Position numbers and translations under genes: made by a program. Below the pieces are notes generated by a model. It was not told where the DNA came from, did not search any database, and saw nothing but the letters and a program-made list of their open reading frames with translations. Shown piece after piece: positions 13,801-26,600 of a stretch of DNA of 64,000 nucleotides (position 1 is the first letter of the stretch; every line of letters begins with the position of its first letter). Source of the stretch: Camelus dromedarius (taxonomy: Eukaryota); NCBI RefSeq assembly GCF_036321535.1, contig NC_087447.1, positions 42,224,001 to 42,288,000 of the forward strand, read 5' to 3'.

Positions 13801-16800
13801 CTAATTTGTGATGCTTTAACTTAATGTTACAAGGCTAGTGTGAAAAGAACAAGTCATGTAGCTCTTGAGTTTGGCTGATCATACAGAATCTACATCCCAA
13901 TGTGGTTTTGTGGTTCACCATTTCTGCTTTACCCATACTTTTTTCCTTCAAATTCAGGTAATCTCATGATTCACATAAGTTTTAGTGGCAGATTTTATTT
14001 TAATAGTTTTATCAATATAGTATTGAATTTATAAATGTTACATTCACTGGAGTCATCTTTCCAATTCTGCTTTATTTACAGGACAACTTATTTTACGGTG
14101 TGCTATTTGTAAATGAAAATTTAAAACTTCACATGTCTTAATATTTTTAACTTTTGTGCTTGTAATATAAGGGGTCTACTATGTTTGTCTGACATTTAAT
14201 ATATGATATGAATGAGTATGGGCAAACCTTACTGATCCATATTTACTGCCATCAGTTCAAATGTATTTTTTCTCTTTTTGAAAATACACATTTTAGTAAG
14301 TTAACGTACAGAAAAGAAATTCTTCACATAGTTCATATAATTGTATAAAATGATTTAAATTCCCATGAATCATATACATTTCCATAGATTAAAAAACTTA
14401 CTAAATTCAACTTAAAAACACTTAGCCTAAAATGTTTAACTTGAATCCATCAACCTTTTAGTTGTAGCTTCTAATTTATAGGATAGAGAAAGGAATAAGC
14501 TATATGATGCAAGGAAGCAACCAGTCAAATCCAGAAGAAAGTGTATCTTGCAAGACAAAGTCTTTATTATTACTTTTTTAAAGTAGGGGAATGGTAAAAC
14601 CTGAAAAAGAAAAATGGTTTTAACCAGATATACTGTACATCCTGAAACAGATACTAGTTTGAACAAATCAACTTGGGTCAGCTAGGGAAAATTTTAATAT
14701 AATCTGGCTACTATATGAGATGAAAATCTACTGAAATGGAAAGGTACAGACAGTTGACTTAAAGTTATAAAACAGTATGTACTCTATGATGTTATTTTTG
14801 ATAAATTGAGAAGAATTTTTACAAAAATGTTAGTGTAGGACTCACTTGCATCCTTTTATTAATGCAAGATAATCAAAATGCATGTATCATTTTGTTTTCT
14901 GAATAGTCACATTTTCATGGTATTTTTATAGCCTAGAAATACTACCATGCTTGTATAGCACATAAGTTTTCAAAGCATTTTTACACCTCAGTTTGTCCTA
15001 ATAACCCTGTTAGCAGCACTGACATTATTTTATAACTGTAGTTCCAAAGATTAATAGAAAAGTGGGGATTTAGTCTGGCTTGTCTATATTTTAAGATATT
15101 TCTACAGTATACTAATCACTGCTTCTGTAATAAAATTTTGTTTCAATTTAAGTTAAAATTATGTAGGCCTACACCTTGATTCATACCACTTTTCCTTCAG
15201 TTTGAAATCTCAAAAGCCTTTGAAAGAATACTATGCGGTTGTTCTGAGCCATAGTATGGTTGATCTATTAGAGCCATTTATATATAAAAATCAATTTTTT
15301 AGCTGAAAAGTGATCTAACACTAAAGAAAAAAATAAAACCACTATGTTCCTATACTTTCCAACCCCGATTTATATGCAACCTTTTTAATGCAGTTATAAT
15401 CATAATACATGTGTCATTTTGTTTTCTGGGTCATATAACAATGTATTACTCCCATTACATACTAGACATACCTCCAGATTTGCATAGCACCTAGGTTTTC
15501 AAAACATATTCACATTTTTCATTCTATTGTAATAACCCCATTAGCACCACTAGCATTAATTTATAATTATGGTTCAATAGCCTAGTACAAGAAAGGGGCT
15601 TTAAACACAGGATCTTAGTCTCCCCATCAGAGTCCCACTCCAAGACTATGTGGTTCCCGTAAGATGCAGCAAGTTTTTCCCAGCTTTTATTAAAAATTAA
15701 TTTATTATTTCAAAACTTTTGGGTAACAAGGGAAGAGGTGATGGGAAATAAAACACTACTACTAAGTGGGTCAAAAGTCTTTTAAAACTAACAATGAAAA
15801 AACATATCAAGATGTATATGTTTTCATGAAATCATTTATTCTCTACAACTCTAAAGAACACAGTTCAGAGGATCTATGATACTTACTAGGCTTTATATCC
15901 ATGTGAACCAAAGACATTGAATGAATATACCTCAAGCCACGGCCAACTTGCAAAAGGAGATCCTTTAACTCTGCTTCTGTAAAGTAACTCATGCTTCTAT
16001 AGTTTTCACTTATGGCATCAGCTAAACTTCCACCTAACAAACACAAGAAAAATTAGCATTTTCTTCTTTCTGAAATATTATTTTTCTTCCTTCCCTCTTA
16101 CTGTATAACCACACTCAACCAAGAAAGTGACATTTTACAGGACCTATTCCCTTCAACCTGCTTGTGAAATCAAAATTTTACATATTTTTTTAATAGGGTA
16201 CTCACATGGGCACAAAATATAATGTAAAGTTGCTGTCTTATTAAAATATACCCCAGTAACCCACCTGGTTCTCTTTCCCAGAGAAAATCAACATTATCAG
16301 TTTCTTATGTATTCTCTCAACTCCTTTTTTACACAAGCAGTAACATATTTGCATTATCTTGAAGATCGTTCTTTACCAATAAACAAAGACTGCTCCCTCT
16401 TTCTTGTGTCTATAGAAATCCATTGTATAACTGAATGGTAATGTACTAACCAATCCCCTAATGGATAGACATTTAAAAATAATTTCCAAGCCTTTAATAC
16501 TATATACTATGGTCTCGGGAATAAATTTGTACATCGGTCATTATACACATACTTAGTATATTTACCAGAAATAAACTGCTGGGTCAAAGGGAATGTACAA
16601 TGTAATATATATGCATAGTGTGTCTGTATGATACTAATTTATTACATATAGAATAAATTTCTGTAGCTAAGCAGTCCATTTCTCTTTATCCTTCTCGAAA
16701 AGAGCTTAGGGATGGTATTCATATCATCAGTGCCAAGACTTGATTGCCTCTGAAAAACTCACATAAAATAACAGTGTACTCGGACATTGATTTCAAAATG

Positions 16801-19800
16801 GCTACCACTTAAACTCTGCTAGTATATGTCTATGTAAATCTGGAGCTTTGGAAGACAAATCTGGAGCTATTACACACACAGACACACACATAGGCAGGCA
16901 GACAGGCAGGCAGGCAGGCACACAGTCCCCCTCAGAGAAGGTGTATCAATTCATAATCCCATCATTAATTTATGCAAATACATGTATTCCCACACCCTTG
17001 ACAACAGAGTCTATACATTTTATAAGTAAAAACCAGTATCCTGGATGCAGCTCAGTGGTAGAGCATGTGCTTAGCATACACGAGGTCCTGGGATCAATCT
17101 GAAGTACTTCCATTAAAAAACAAAACAAATTTGTTTAAAGCTTAGTTGGGAATAATAAAATCAGAGCCAAGATAATAAAATCAAGGTCAATGATATACTA
17201 GTCAGAAAAGACGGTCCTACAATTTGAACAAGACTGAATTTAAAAATGTCAAATGTGTTTTAAAAATAAAAATAAATCACACACCTGGGTATCTTAAGCT
17301 TAAGTATGTTCTCTGTACTTAGCTTGTAGAAATCTTGAACTTTGGGGGAAAGAGAGGGCTCTATAAGGGAGCAGGTCAATAAGTCTGTCAGACAGGTGAC
17401 CCTGAAGTCCTAGATAAAGCTTATCAAGAAATAAGGTGCATTTTAGTGGGTTTAGCAACTATAGCTGGGCTAGTTCCCCTATCTATTTTTAGAGGTGAGA
17501 AGAACAAACCACTCATCAGATATTTCAGGTTTTCCTCTTCTATCCATCGACATTTTTTACACTTGTTTATCAAGAGTAGAAATTCAGTCTATCACCAAAG
17601 ATAAAAGGCTCAAAATGCAAATGATTGCTTGAGATAGTAAGAAAACTCAGTTAAGATAAAGTATATCAGTTAATCAACACTACAAATAAATGATAACAGA
17701 ATCTTTTTCCTGTGAAACTGTAGAAAAGGATCTAAAGATCAGGCCAATTAGGACATTCAACGGTTTAAGTGGAGAGAAGAATGGTGGAAAAGGGAAACAA
17801 AAGAAAAGAAGAGCTAACAAATGTATCTAGATAGCCTCATTTTCTTTTATCTAAGCAAAATAAACAATCATACAAAGAGGCAGCCCAGTTCTGTTTATTT
17901 TTTAAAGATGTATATTCCTTAAGAGTTTTATACTGCTCCAAAATAATAAACTGTTTCAAAAGATTATTTTATAATCTAACTTTATTACAGGACAAGGTCT
18001 TTGTAATCTGAGAGGGTAGCAAGACCACCAATTCCTCCCCAACCCCCAAGGCCCGAGTTTTCTCAAAGTCATCTGATGACACAACCATGTACAGGTAGGT
18101 TGTTACAAATCTGTGATCCTTGGACTGTGGATGAATTACTTGTTAAGAGAGCCAGCCACATCAACAAGGTGAGAGGTAGAAAGAAACTAAAAGGATGGCA
18201 TCTAGCAAATATGAAGGGAAGAAGGTATTATAGTCAAGCTGTACTATATTAAATGCAGTTAACTAAAAAATAGAGGTTAAGAAACAGAATGGTCCACAAA
18301 GCAGATAGCTACATAAATATTTTGATGGTATGAACAGAAACATTTCAAGAGATGTGTGAAACAAACTAGCAGCAATGCTGTATACTGTGCACTTATTTTA
18401 AGTTATTCAAGGAAATAAAATACAGCTCAATGAGAAGTCGGGTATGAGAAATGGCTCTTTTACTTCTGTTTTGTTCATTGTTTTCAAATACAGAAAACTT
18501 GAATCTACTACCTATACCACATATTTATTCACAAGCTATGAAACGGCTGGTCTTGTCTTAAGAAAACAATGAGAAACAACAAAAAGAAAATCTTTGCTAC
18601 TCATGTGTTCTGTAAATTCTAAACTCTCTAGTGTTCACAGAAGATATAAAGAAGTAGAAATCCATCACATATAAAGATTTGGGTATTTAATAACAGATGT
18701 CTGTAAGAATCATAATCGAGACCAGGACTTTGGTAAAGCTTTAATGAAAAAGGAAGGACCCATGTTGGCTGCTGAAGCACTTGCTGAAATTCAAAGCTAT
18801 ACAAAGGTCCAAAGTTAAACCTCTACAGATGCTTGATGGGGAAGGGGGGGATGAGGGGGAGGGAAGCATGGCTAGGGAGCTAAAAGAACGTAACTCTTTA
18901 CAGAAAAGTCTTAGTGAATTCTAGTAATAAACTAGGTTGGATAGATGGGAGTGGGAGCAAGACTGGACAAATGACTGAATTTATATCAATGGAGAGTCAC
19001 CGTCTGTTTATGAGCAATCACTATCAGTTTTAGCAGCACAAAATGAAATGGGAAGGGAAGGCCAGATGCAGGGAGCCTGGGTTATTATCCACTCTATTCC
19101 ACACACACTATGCCAAGTGCCAGGGATACCGAAATATACACGGCAAGGGCCTGAGTAATCTGAGCAACAGGCACATAAATAATATGCATAGTTCTACTAC
19201 CCAGGTAGAAGGAACAAGGTTTTCAGTCTTAACTTCCAGGTAAGAATTACTTGCACTTGAAATTCATGTTGGGCTTCTGATCTTCGATAAAGATATACAG
19301 AATTAGAGCAAGATTATGGATAAAAATATATTATTTCCTTGGTGTTCATTTTCTTGAGCTTACAAATTTTTACAGGGGAACCATGACATTACTCACCATT
19401 ACAATATTCATTCTGTATAAGCATATGATCATCTTCTGCCCATGCAGAGAAATACCGAACTACATGAGAATGTTGTCCAAGCACTGCATGAGCATATACT
19501 TCTCTCAAAGCGTTCTGCCTAGGAGAAATTTTTGAGATTAACAGATTGGTAAATCATTTTTATTCAAGCCTAAACTGAACTAACTTATCTGAAAGTTCGT
19601 AAGAGAATCCTGACTTCTGTATCTATCATTATGCTGAAGAACAACTTGCTTCAAGAGAGAGTGGGTTAAGACTCTGTACCAGATTTTTTCATTAAAGAAT
19701 GTTAGAAGGAACCTTACTGGCCCTAGTATTCAGGAAAGATGAACTCCACATTAGTATGAATTCAAGGATGCTACTAGAAACAAGAAATTTAAGTTAGACT

Positions 19801-22800
19801 CCAAAATCAGACTCCTTATATTATTCTACCAAGTCTAATAGGAACTAATGGCACAAAATGAAATGCATCTGATTAAATCATTATAATTTCTCAAATATTA
19901 GAGAATTAATTAAATTCAGTGCTTAACCACCTAAAGCCTTAACATCTATAACACCATACTGAACAAAAGAGCAAAAGACAAAATCTTTAATACATACTCA
20001 TCAACAGAGCCAGCCAATGGCTTTTTTGATCGCTTAATGGCATAAATACATCCATCCAGCCTCTTCACACATTTAAACACAGAACCAAATTCTCCAGAGC
20101 CAATCTTCTCTAGCTCATGAAATTCTGTTGTATACCGTGACTTCATATTGCTTTCAGTAATTGTAATTCTCTGTAATAAAAAGTGTATCCATATACATAA
20201 TACAAAGGTATGAAAATGATTTTTTACTATAGTGAAAGTATTACGTGTGAAACTTAAAAATCATTATATCTTATGTTTTAACATTTATTTAACATGTACA
20301 TATGGCAGCTTGTTAAGAAGTAGAAAATCATTTCAAAAACAATAAAAAGCTGTTTACTTTAGCAGGTCTTGTTTCATCTTCAAACTCATAATCACTGGCT
20401 TCCATGTCTTCACCACAGGAACTGAAAAATATTATTTTTTCCATCAACATATCTGACAGATGTATCAATTAGAGATTCAAAAGTTTATTTGATAGGTGTA
20501 CAGTAAAATGAAAATTTAATGAATGAAAAGAGAAAAGAAAGCATTTAATTGTGTAACCACAAAATACAGCTCAGCTGATGAAAATGCTGTTCCTGTTGAG
20601 ATATGCCAACATCACCACACATATCAAAATTAAAGCCTTTCTATGTCAACTGTCTCTGCCTGCCTCATTTTTGACACCAGCAGATTTCCTAGAATCCATC
20701 TAGGCCTTTTATTCCTTCCTTTCCCATGCCACTCTTTTTCCACAGCTGATTACTTCCCACCATTCTCTCCTGAAAATTACTAACAATGGGGAAAAATTTC
20801 AGTGTATAAACTTCCATGTCATTCAGTTGAAATTAAATTTTGATGAGTATACCAAATCAATCTTGGGTAGCTGAGGAACCAAACTGTTGAATAATAAATA
20901 ACTTACTCATTCCAATATGTCCTCTTTCTTCTACGACACTGTCCTGAGGAATGAAGTAACACAGAATCTGGAGTAAAAGGATTAATATTCACTTGAGGAG
21001 TCTGTCGCACGTCAAATTCCCTTTTTCCTGATTTTTCTGTATCCATGAATAGAGAACCACCTCGGAGTTTAACAGAGCTGGAATCAATTCCTCGAGCTTT
21101 GGAGAGCAAACTCTAGGAGAGGGGAAAAAATGTTCATGATCCAAGGGCTATAGAACTGCCTTCTCAACCTAACTTTCAACAAGCTTTTCACGTGGCTGAA
21201 TGTGTAGGCCAAAGCAACACACAAGTCTTTGTTATCTTTCATGCAAAATAAACAATGGTTAACTTAGGAGTCTGAAGCTGTATACTAACCACCTTTTCTG
21301 AAAAGGCCGAGGAAAATAGGTCTCTAACCCTAAAAAGACTATGAATGCAGACTAAAATTAAGCTTGTTCTAGAGGCTAAAAGTTAACAAACTCTTTTAAT
21401 CCATCTAAAAATGGAAAGCAGTCAGGGAGCCCTATAAAAGTTCCCCTCCCCCATCTGAGAAGAGCTTTGAAAGCCACCTCCCTAGGACTCCTCCCCTCAC
21501 TTCCAGAGGGATTTCGCCTTGGGCAAGTGGGCTAATAAACAGCAAGGCACCAAAGCACACATCTTCCTGAAGTTTAATGACTCTCGGTACTGAACCTGAC
21601 TCACTTAAAAAGGTAAATTTTCCACATAAATCTTATAAATGCGATACTTGTCTTAATTTCAGGAAGTGTTCGTTTTAAAATCTGTTACACCTAAAGTTCT
21701 GGGGTGGTAATCTGCATACTCACTGGCCTCTCAACAAACAGGTGCCGAATACCTACTTCTTTAAGATACATTATCTACAGCACAAAAGCACAAAGGTCCA
21801 GGCAATAATACCAAAGCTGGTTTTTAACAGTTGGATGTTCCTTATCTTAGGCTTAGGAATTTAGGCTGACCAAACTTGGGCACCGCAAACCCAAGGGTGT
21901 AAACAAACGCTTACCCAATAAATATTCTGTCCGGAAAGAGGTTTAAACGCTACTCTGAGTTATTTACGAGTCCTTAAGACCGTAAATGCTTGAAGGCCAG
22001 CCTTTTCTCCCAAGTCGAAGCGTAGTCTCCCTCGGTATCTCAGACTTTCCCCCCATAAGGCCACCTGATACGAAATGATAAGCGCATGAATTTTTTTTTT
22101 TAACCGAACTCTTGCGTGAGCCGCCCAAATTACAGGACCGATCACTGCGTTTAAAAGGCACCAGATGGCTGCGGCGCTCGGGAGTGTCAGGTGGCCAGGC
22201 CCGCACCACTCGAGCATCCTTCCAAACCACGTTATCGGTGCCACACTCCCGCTGCCACGCTCGGGGCGGCACCGACTCGGCGGGCGTTAAATCGTCAGCC
22301 ACCTGGACGGCGCCGATCAGCCTCTTTGAAAGATGAAGAAGTTCCAGACGAGGCCCATTGTTCAGTTACATAATCTTAACGGACAACTTCTGGGCTGGGC
22401 CCCAAAAAGGGGCTGCCAACTTTTTGTTACGGCGCAGGGGAGCGAGCGGGGGTGCGGCCGGACGGTTATGTAACCGAACCCGGGCAGCGCCGCGCTCGAC
22501 TCCCGGCGCCGCGGCCTTTTTAAAAGGCTGGGCCGGCGCGGGCTCGGGGCGCCCCGGCAGCAGCGTCCTCTCACCTTGGGGGTGTGCGGCGTGTCGAAAA
22601 GCCGCAGCTTTCGGAAGGTCTTGTGCGGCGGGGTGCCTGGGTGGTCAGGCAGCGGCGAGCAGGCGCCCTCGCCCGCTCTGCGCGCCCCGCAGCCGCGCGG
22701 GGACACGTCCCCTGGGCCGCCGCAGCGCACGGGCGAGAACGAGCTGCCCAGAAAGTAGGCGGCCGCCGGCGACTTGACTGGCGACGAGGAGCCGAAGCCC

Positions 22801-23147
22801 TCCTCCTCCCACGAGTCGCCCTCGGCCCCGCCGCCCGCCGCGTCCGCGCCCGGGCAGGCGCCCCGCAGCAGCATGTCTTCCTCCAGCTCCCCGGGGCTAC
22901 CGGGGGCTTGGCCGGGCGAGCGGCGGCGCTCGGGCCCGGGCTCTGAGGGGCTCCGCGCGGGCGGCAGCGGAGAGTCGGGCTCCTGAAAGGCCGAGTCTTC
23001 CCCGGTGCTGTGGCCGCTGCCTTCCTCCTCCTCTTCCTCCTCCTCCTCCTCACAGTCGCTGCAAGGCGAGAAGATAAGCTTCTGCCGCAAGGTGCAGGCC
23101 CCGGCGCGGCGGGGCGGCGGCGGCTGCTGCCGGCTCAGGAAGCTCAT
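10713..23147 (-). CDS. WEE1: Wee1-like protein kinase, complete spliced CDS: join(23147-22575, 21112-20907, 20421-20358, 20170-19998, 19518-19397, 16033-15887, 13493-13398, 13310-13225, 12177-12007, 11914-11769, 10866-10713); 645 aa
   Basis: Exons join in frame (1938 nt) with GT-AG boundaries. N-terminus [42 protein letters not shown] and EEGFGSSSP phosphodegrons; kinase motifs GSGEFG, YAIK, HMDIKPSN, DLG, EGDSRF; C-terminal RSVSLTIY 14-3-3 site. Confidence 0.99.
11769..11914 (-). CDS. WEE1: WEE1 coding exon 10 (146 nt)
   Basis: tttaag|[48 protein letters not shown]|gtaagt. Confidence 0.97.
12007..12177 (-). CDS. WEE1: WEE1 coding exon 9 (171 nt)
   Basis: ttacag|[57 protein letters not shown]|gtgcgt. 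Confidence 0.97.
12636..12756 (+). mobile_element. tRNA-Ala-derived SINE in WEE1 intron 8 (antisense)
   Basis: Same head and body; (AAT)n tail; TSD ACTCTTATCAAG at 12625-12636 and 12757-12768. Confidence 0.9.
13225..13310 (-). CDS. WEE1: WEE1 coding exon 8 (86 nt; activation segment)
   Basis: ttctag|[28 protein letters not shown]|gtagtg; follows an 87-nt intron. Confidence 0.96.
13398..13493 (-). CDS. WEE1: WEE1 coding exon 7 (96 nt)
   Basis: gacag|[31 protein letters not shown]|gtaaga. Confidence 0.96.
   Translation of the reverse strand, partial: VIFSYLELQSQMLPLKKEMKMTGHPTKLCLK
15887..16033 (-). CDS. WEE1: WEE1 coding exon 6 (147 nt; catalytic loop)
   Basis: gttag|[17 protein letters not shown]...LVHMDIKP|gtaagt. 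Confidence 0.97.
17043..17130 (+). mobile_element. tRNA-Ala-derived SINE in WEE1 intron 5 (antisense)
   Basis: GCAGCTCAGTGGTAGAGCATGTGCTTAGCATACACGAGGTCCTGGGATCAATC...CATTAAAAAA. Confidence 0.85.
19397..19518 (-). CDS. WEE1: WEE1 coding exon 5 (122 nt)
   Basis: cctag|[40 protein letters not shown]|gtgagt. Confidence 0.97.
19998..20170 (-). CDS. WEE1: WEE1 coding exon 4 (173 nt; kinase Gly loop)
   Basis: ttacag|[34 protein letters not shown]...GSVD|gtatgt. Confidence 0.97.
20358..20421 (-). CDS. WEE1: WEE1 coding exon 3 (64 nt)
   Basis: ttcag|[21 protein letters not shown]|gtaaac; not in the ORF track. Confidence 0.96.
20907..21112 (-). CDS. WEE1: WEE1 coding exon 2 (206 nt)
   Basis: ctag|[18 protein letters not shown]...VNINPFTP...RKRTYWN|gtaagt. 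Confidence 0.97.
22575..23147 (-). CDS. WEE1: WEE1 coding exon 1 (573 nt; N-terminal regulatory domain, poly-Glu tract)
   Basis: ATG at 23147; ends ...HTPK|gtgaga. Confidence 0.97.
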
Positions 23148-23230
23148 CTCGCCCCTGGGGCCGGGGCGGAGAACCGGAGAACCTGGGCCCGCGGAGTCCA
23201 GCACTCGGCCGGCCCAGGGGGCGGGTCCGC

Positions 23231-23613
23231 CACGTGCGACTGGGCGCGCCCGCTGGTCGCGGCGGCGGGCCTTCGCGGAGGCGGCGGACTGAGGCTCCGG
23301 GACGCTCGGGGCGGCGGGCGGCGGGGGCGGCGGCGGCGCGGACTGTCTGGCAGAGGCGGGGCGGCCCGGGCGCCGAGGCTGGGGTCTCCGCAGGTCCAGC
23401 CGCAGGTTCGGGCTCCGCGGCTTCCCGCGACCGTTAACCACGTGAGTGCGCAGTCCACCAATCCCCACCCATCTCGGGGTTTGAAAAAAAAGGAGGGCGC
23501 GACGTAGCCCGCGGGGGTGGGGCCGGCTACGCGATTTTGGCGCGAACCTGCTAGCTCCGCCCCACCGTTCGTCGCCGGGCCAGGCCTGGGCGGGTGCGGC
23601 TCCGCGGGCCAAT
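23231..23613 (-). promoter_or_regulatory. WEE1 core promoter/5'UTR motifs: E-boxes, MYB, CCAAT, CHR, E2F, GC box
   Basis: CACGTG 23231-23236 and 23439-23444 (also 24273-24278); CCGTTA 23431-23436; CCAAT 23458-23462 and 23609-23613; TTTGAA 23480-23485; TTTGGCGC 23536-23543; CCGCCC ~23558. Consistent with known cell-cycle and CLOCK/BMAL1 control of WEE1. Confidence 0.7.
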
Positions 23614-26600
23614 GAACGAGCCAGATGGCTGGGAGCGGGTCCGGCGCTGCCCAGACGGGGTCGGCCTGGGGAGCCGAGGCGGCCCTCTGGGAGGGGCGAA
23701 GGCTGCGGGCTCGACTAGGCCGAGCCGAGTGTCGCGGCCTCTTCGCCGCCCCTCTGCCTCCCCGGAGTCCGAAGCCGGACAGAGGGCGGGGGAGCGCCTG
23801 GGGTGTCTGCGGGTCTGGGCTGGCCGGCACCGCCGTGGCCCTCGGGCGCTGCCCCGGGAGACACGCCTCCCGTCCGGCGTCCCTTTGGCGCCCGCCCCTG
23901 GGGCGCTGTGGGCGTGGCTGTGAGGAGTCACATTCCCGGGTCGAGGTCTGAGCCGGAAACGGTGACTGTGGCCTCAGGACCCGTCAGAGCTGTGTGAGCG
24001 GATGGGTTAGGCCGACACCCAAGTCAGCAAGAAGACGGACTCGCGTGTTCTCCAGGCGAGGTCACCGGCAATGGGGCGACCTCTGAGCCGCAGTTTCCCC
24101 CTAGAGAGGCTGCTTGGGTTCGGTGTGTCCGCAGCGTTGTGAGGGCCCCAGGCCGTGGTCCCCTTTGCTGTCCGGCTCCCCACCCCCACTCGTCCACAGT
24201 AAAGAGGAGCAGCACCGCACTCGGCCCTCAGCACAAAACCAGGTGCCCACTGCGTTAGTATTTGATAGCCAGCACGTGGGCAAGTGTGGCAAAACAGATT
24301 GGCCCAGCTCGCTGCACACTTAAAAGCACCTTGAGAAAAAATTTCTCTAGTACTGCGTCAAATTGTGGTTTAATACGTCCCTTATTGTCGCACAAGTTTC
24401 TGACAGTTTTTCAGTTGTAAATAACCCCGTGATGAATAGTCTTCCTTCTCGTGTTTCCCCCACACCCCTCTTAGGACAGGATACATTCAAAGAAGTGAGA
24501 ATTATTGGTTCAAAGGTAAACTGCCAAACTGCCCTGCAGAAAAAAAAATTCACTTTCTCGCTGGCAATGAATTAGAGTCCACTCTTCTGAATTCTGGACA
24601 TCAGTGTGTATTTAATGTTTTTTAATGTAGTTTTGTTTTTGATTAATAATCACTGGACAGTTTTCATGTGCTTATGGCCATTTGCATTTATATTTATATA
24701 TCGCGTTTGTCCTTTTTTTTTTTACTGTGGCACTTTGCCGTCTATGTGTTGTTCTGACACGTTTCAAAGGTTGAACTCAAGCTAGATTTTTAATAATAGA
24801 AACACATCTTAGTACTTATCACATGGAGAATTCCTTGAGGTCTCATAACTGAAGATGCATTAAAGGGTAAACAGCTGTCTTCTCCAAATATTTGCTAACT
24901 GATGTATAAATGTGTCTTTTTTGTGTGTTAATCCAAACTTAATTTCAAGCACTTGGAAGACAAGAACTCTCCCTTTTTGTATGTTTGGAGGAGAGGCATT
25001 CTCTGATCCATGATGGCCAAAGCCAAGGAGTGGTTTTTAACACCCTGCCTCCAACACTTCTTCTCTCCTAATAATAAATATAAATTATGTCATATGGATA
25101 GTTGACATTTTCTCAATTTCATGTGAAGTATAAATAAAAATAATTTTAGATAACTTCTACTCTTTACCGATCTGTAACATGAATTGTATGGAAAAATAGT
25201 GTGATTCCTAGGTAGATGGGAACTTAGTACAGTAAACACCTCTCCCCAACTAGATTTTTGCTCTTGAGTCTCTCCTGTATAGAAATTCTGTATCCCTGTT
25301 GCTATCCATGAAAGCACACGCTGTCCCCAACCCCCTTCACTCCTTCACAACATCCTGCATATTCCTTAGCAAGTTTATATCTATTTCAAAGTATGTTGAT
25401 TGTTTGTTTACAACTATTCTCTTTTAGAAAATGAGGTCCTTGAGTATAGGGACCTTTTCTCTTGTTTATTGCAGTATTCTGATGTGGCTTAGGTGCTCAA
25501 TATCTTCTGAGTGATAAAATAGAGCCCTTACTGAAATATTTAATTGCCTTTTTTCCCCTCTCAATATTATTAATTCAGATGGTACAGAAGTCTCCTACTT
25601 ACCCCTGCAACCCCCAGCCTAAGTCCCCTTTCTGGAGGTAAACATTCTTTTTTTGTTTTTTCTCAGCTCTTAACTTTGCTATCTACACCTATCTGCTTCC
25701 CTAAACTGAGAGGTCCTTGAAGTTGGCGGGGGCAAAAGGGCCTGGGTTCCAGATGGGAAGGGAAGAGCTCATGATTCACACCCAAGTCCTCACACGGAAT
25801 GGGAGAAGTAAATTCCCAACAAATGTACAGAATTACTGGGAGAAAGAAAATTTTTTTTTAAGTTGAAAACAATACTCATCGGGAAAACAATTTGACTTTC
25901 TCCACTTCCACGTAAAATAGATACTTCCTGCTCCAGACTTTCCACCACACCAGCACCCAGGCACGGACTATGTAACACTCTTTGTTTGTTTGTCTGGCTT
26001 CTCTCCCACTCAGGGCTGAGATCAAGTTTTATTTGTCTTTAGAGTTCCAGTAATCAGCAATGTGCCTTGGCCCCACAGAAGGTGCTTCATAAATGTTTCC
26101 AGAATAAATTGAAATGTAGTGTTCTTTAAAACAAAATACCAAAATGAGTAAGAAACACAGGCCCTGCCTCCTCCCTTCCAGCTGAGAACATGGCACAAGG
26201 TTATGGTTTAAATACATCAGTGTCCTAACTGAAATTCTAAATGATTTTTCCGATTTTTTAAATTTCATGCTCCTTGGAGTACAGCACTCACTGTACTAGG
26301 AGATGGGGTTACGCCCACCTGCCCCAGGGCATATCTAATTCAAATTTCCTGTTCTTTCCCTATCCTGTGTTGTTTCTAACTGTAATGTTGCTAGGCAACT
26401 TTTGCAGAATCCACAGGCTTTTGGTAATATAATAACTGAGTAAAAGTCTTGCCTCTAGGTATTGAGAGAACAAACTTAACCTGTTTTTCCCCTTCAGACT
26501 GGTGATTTCCCAAGTAAAAGGCTTTAATTCCACTGTTGTCTGCCCATGCACCTTCCTTAGCAGCAAAATAAGCAAGATTCCTGCCCTGAAGATTTATAAT

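Larger units (their letters stand above)
21950..24300. promoter_or_regulatory. CpG island over the WEE1 promoter, exon 1 and proximal intron 1
   Basis: Very high GC and CpG density against the AT-rich, CpG-poor flanks. Confidence 0.95.

Noticed and set aside
18838..18863. G-quadruplex-like G tracts (also ~36992-37016, ~54763-54799, ~55746-55780)
   Set aside because: Common in mammalian DNA; the intragenic ones lie on the template strand, and nothing else supports function
22112..24323. Many overlapping ORFs on both strands, including the 416-aa ORF 22362-23612
   Set aside because: Stop-codon depletion in a CpG island; only 22575-23147 is WEE1 coding sequence
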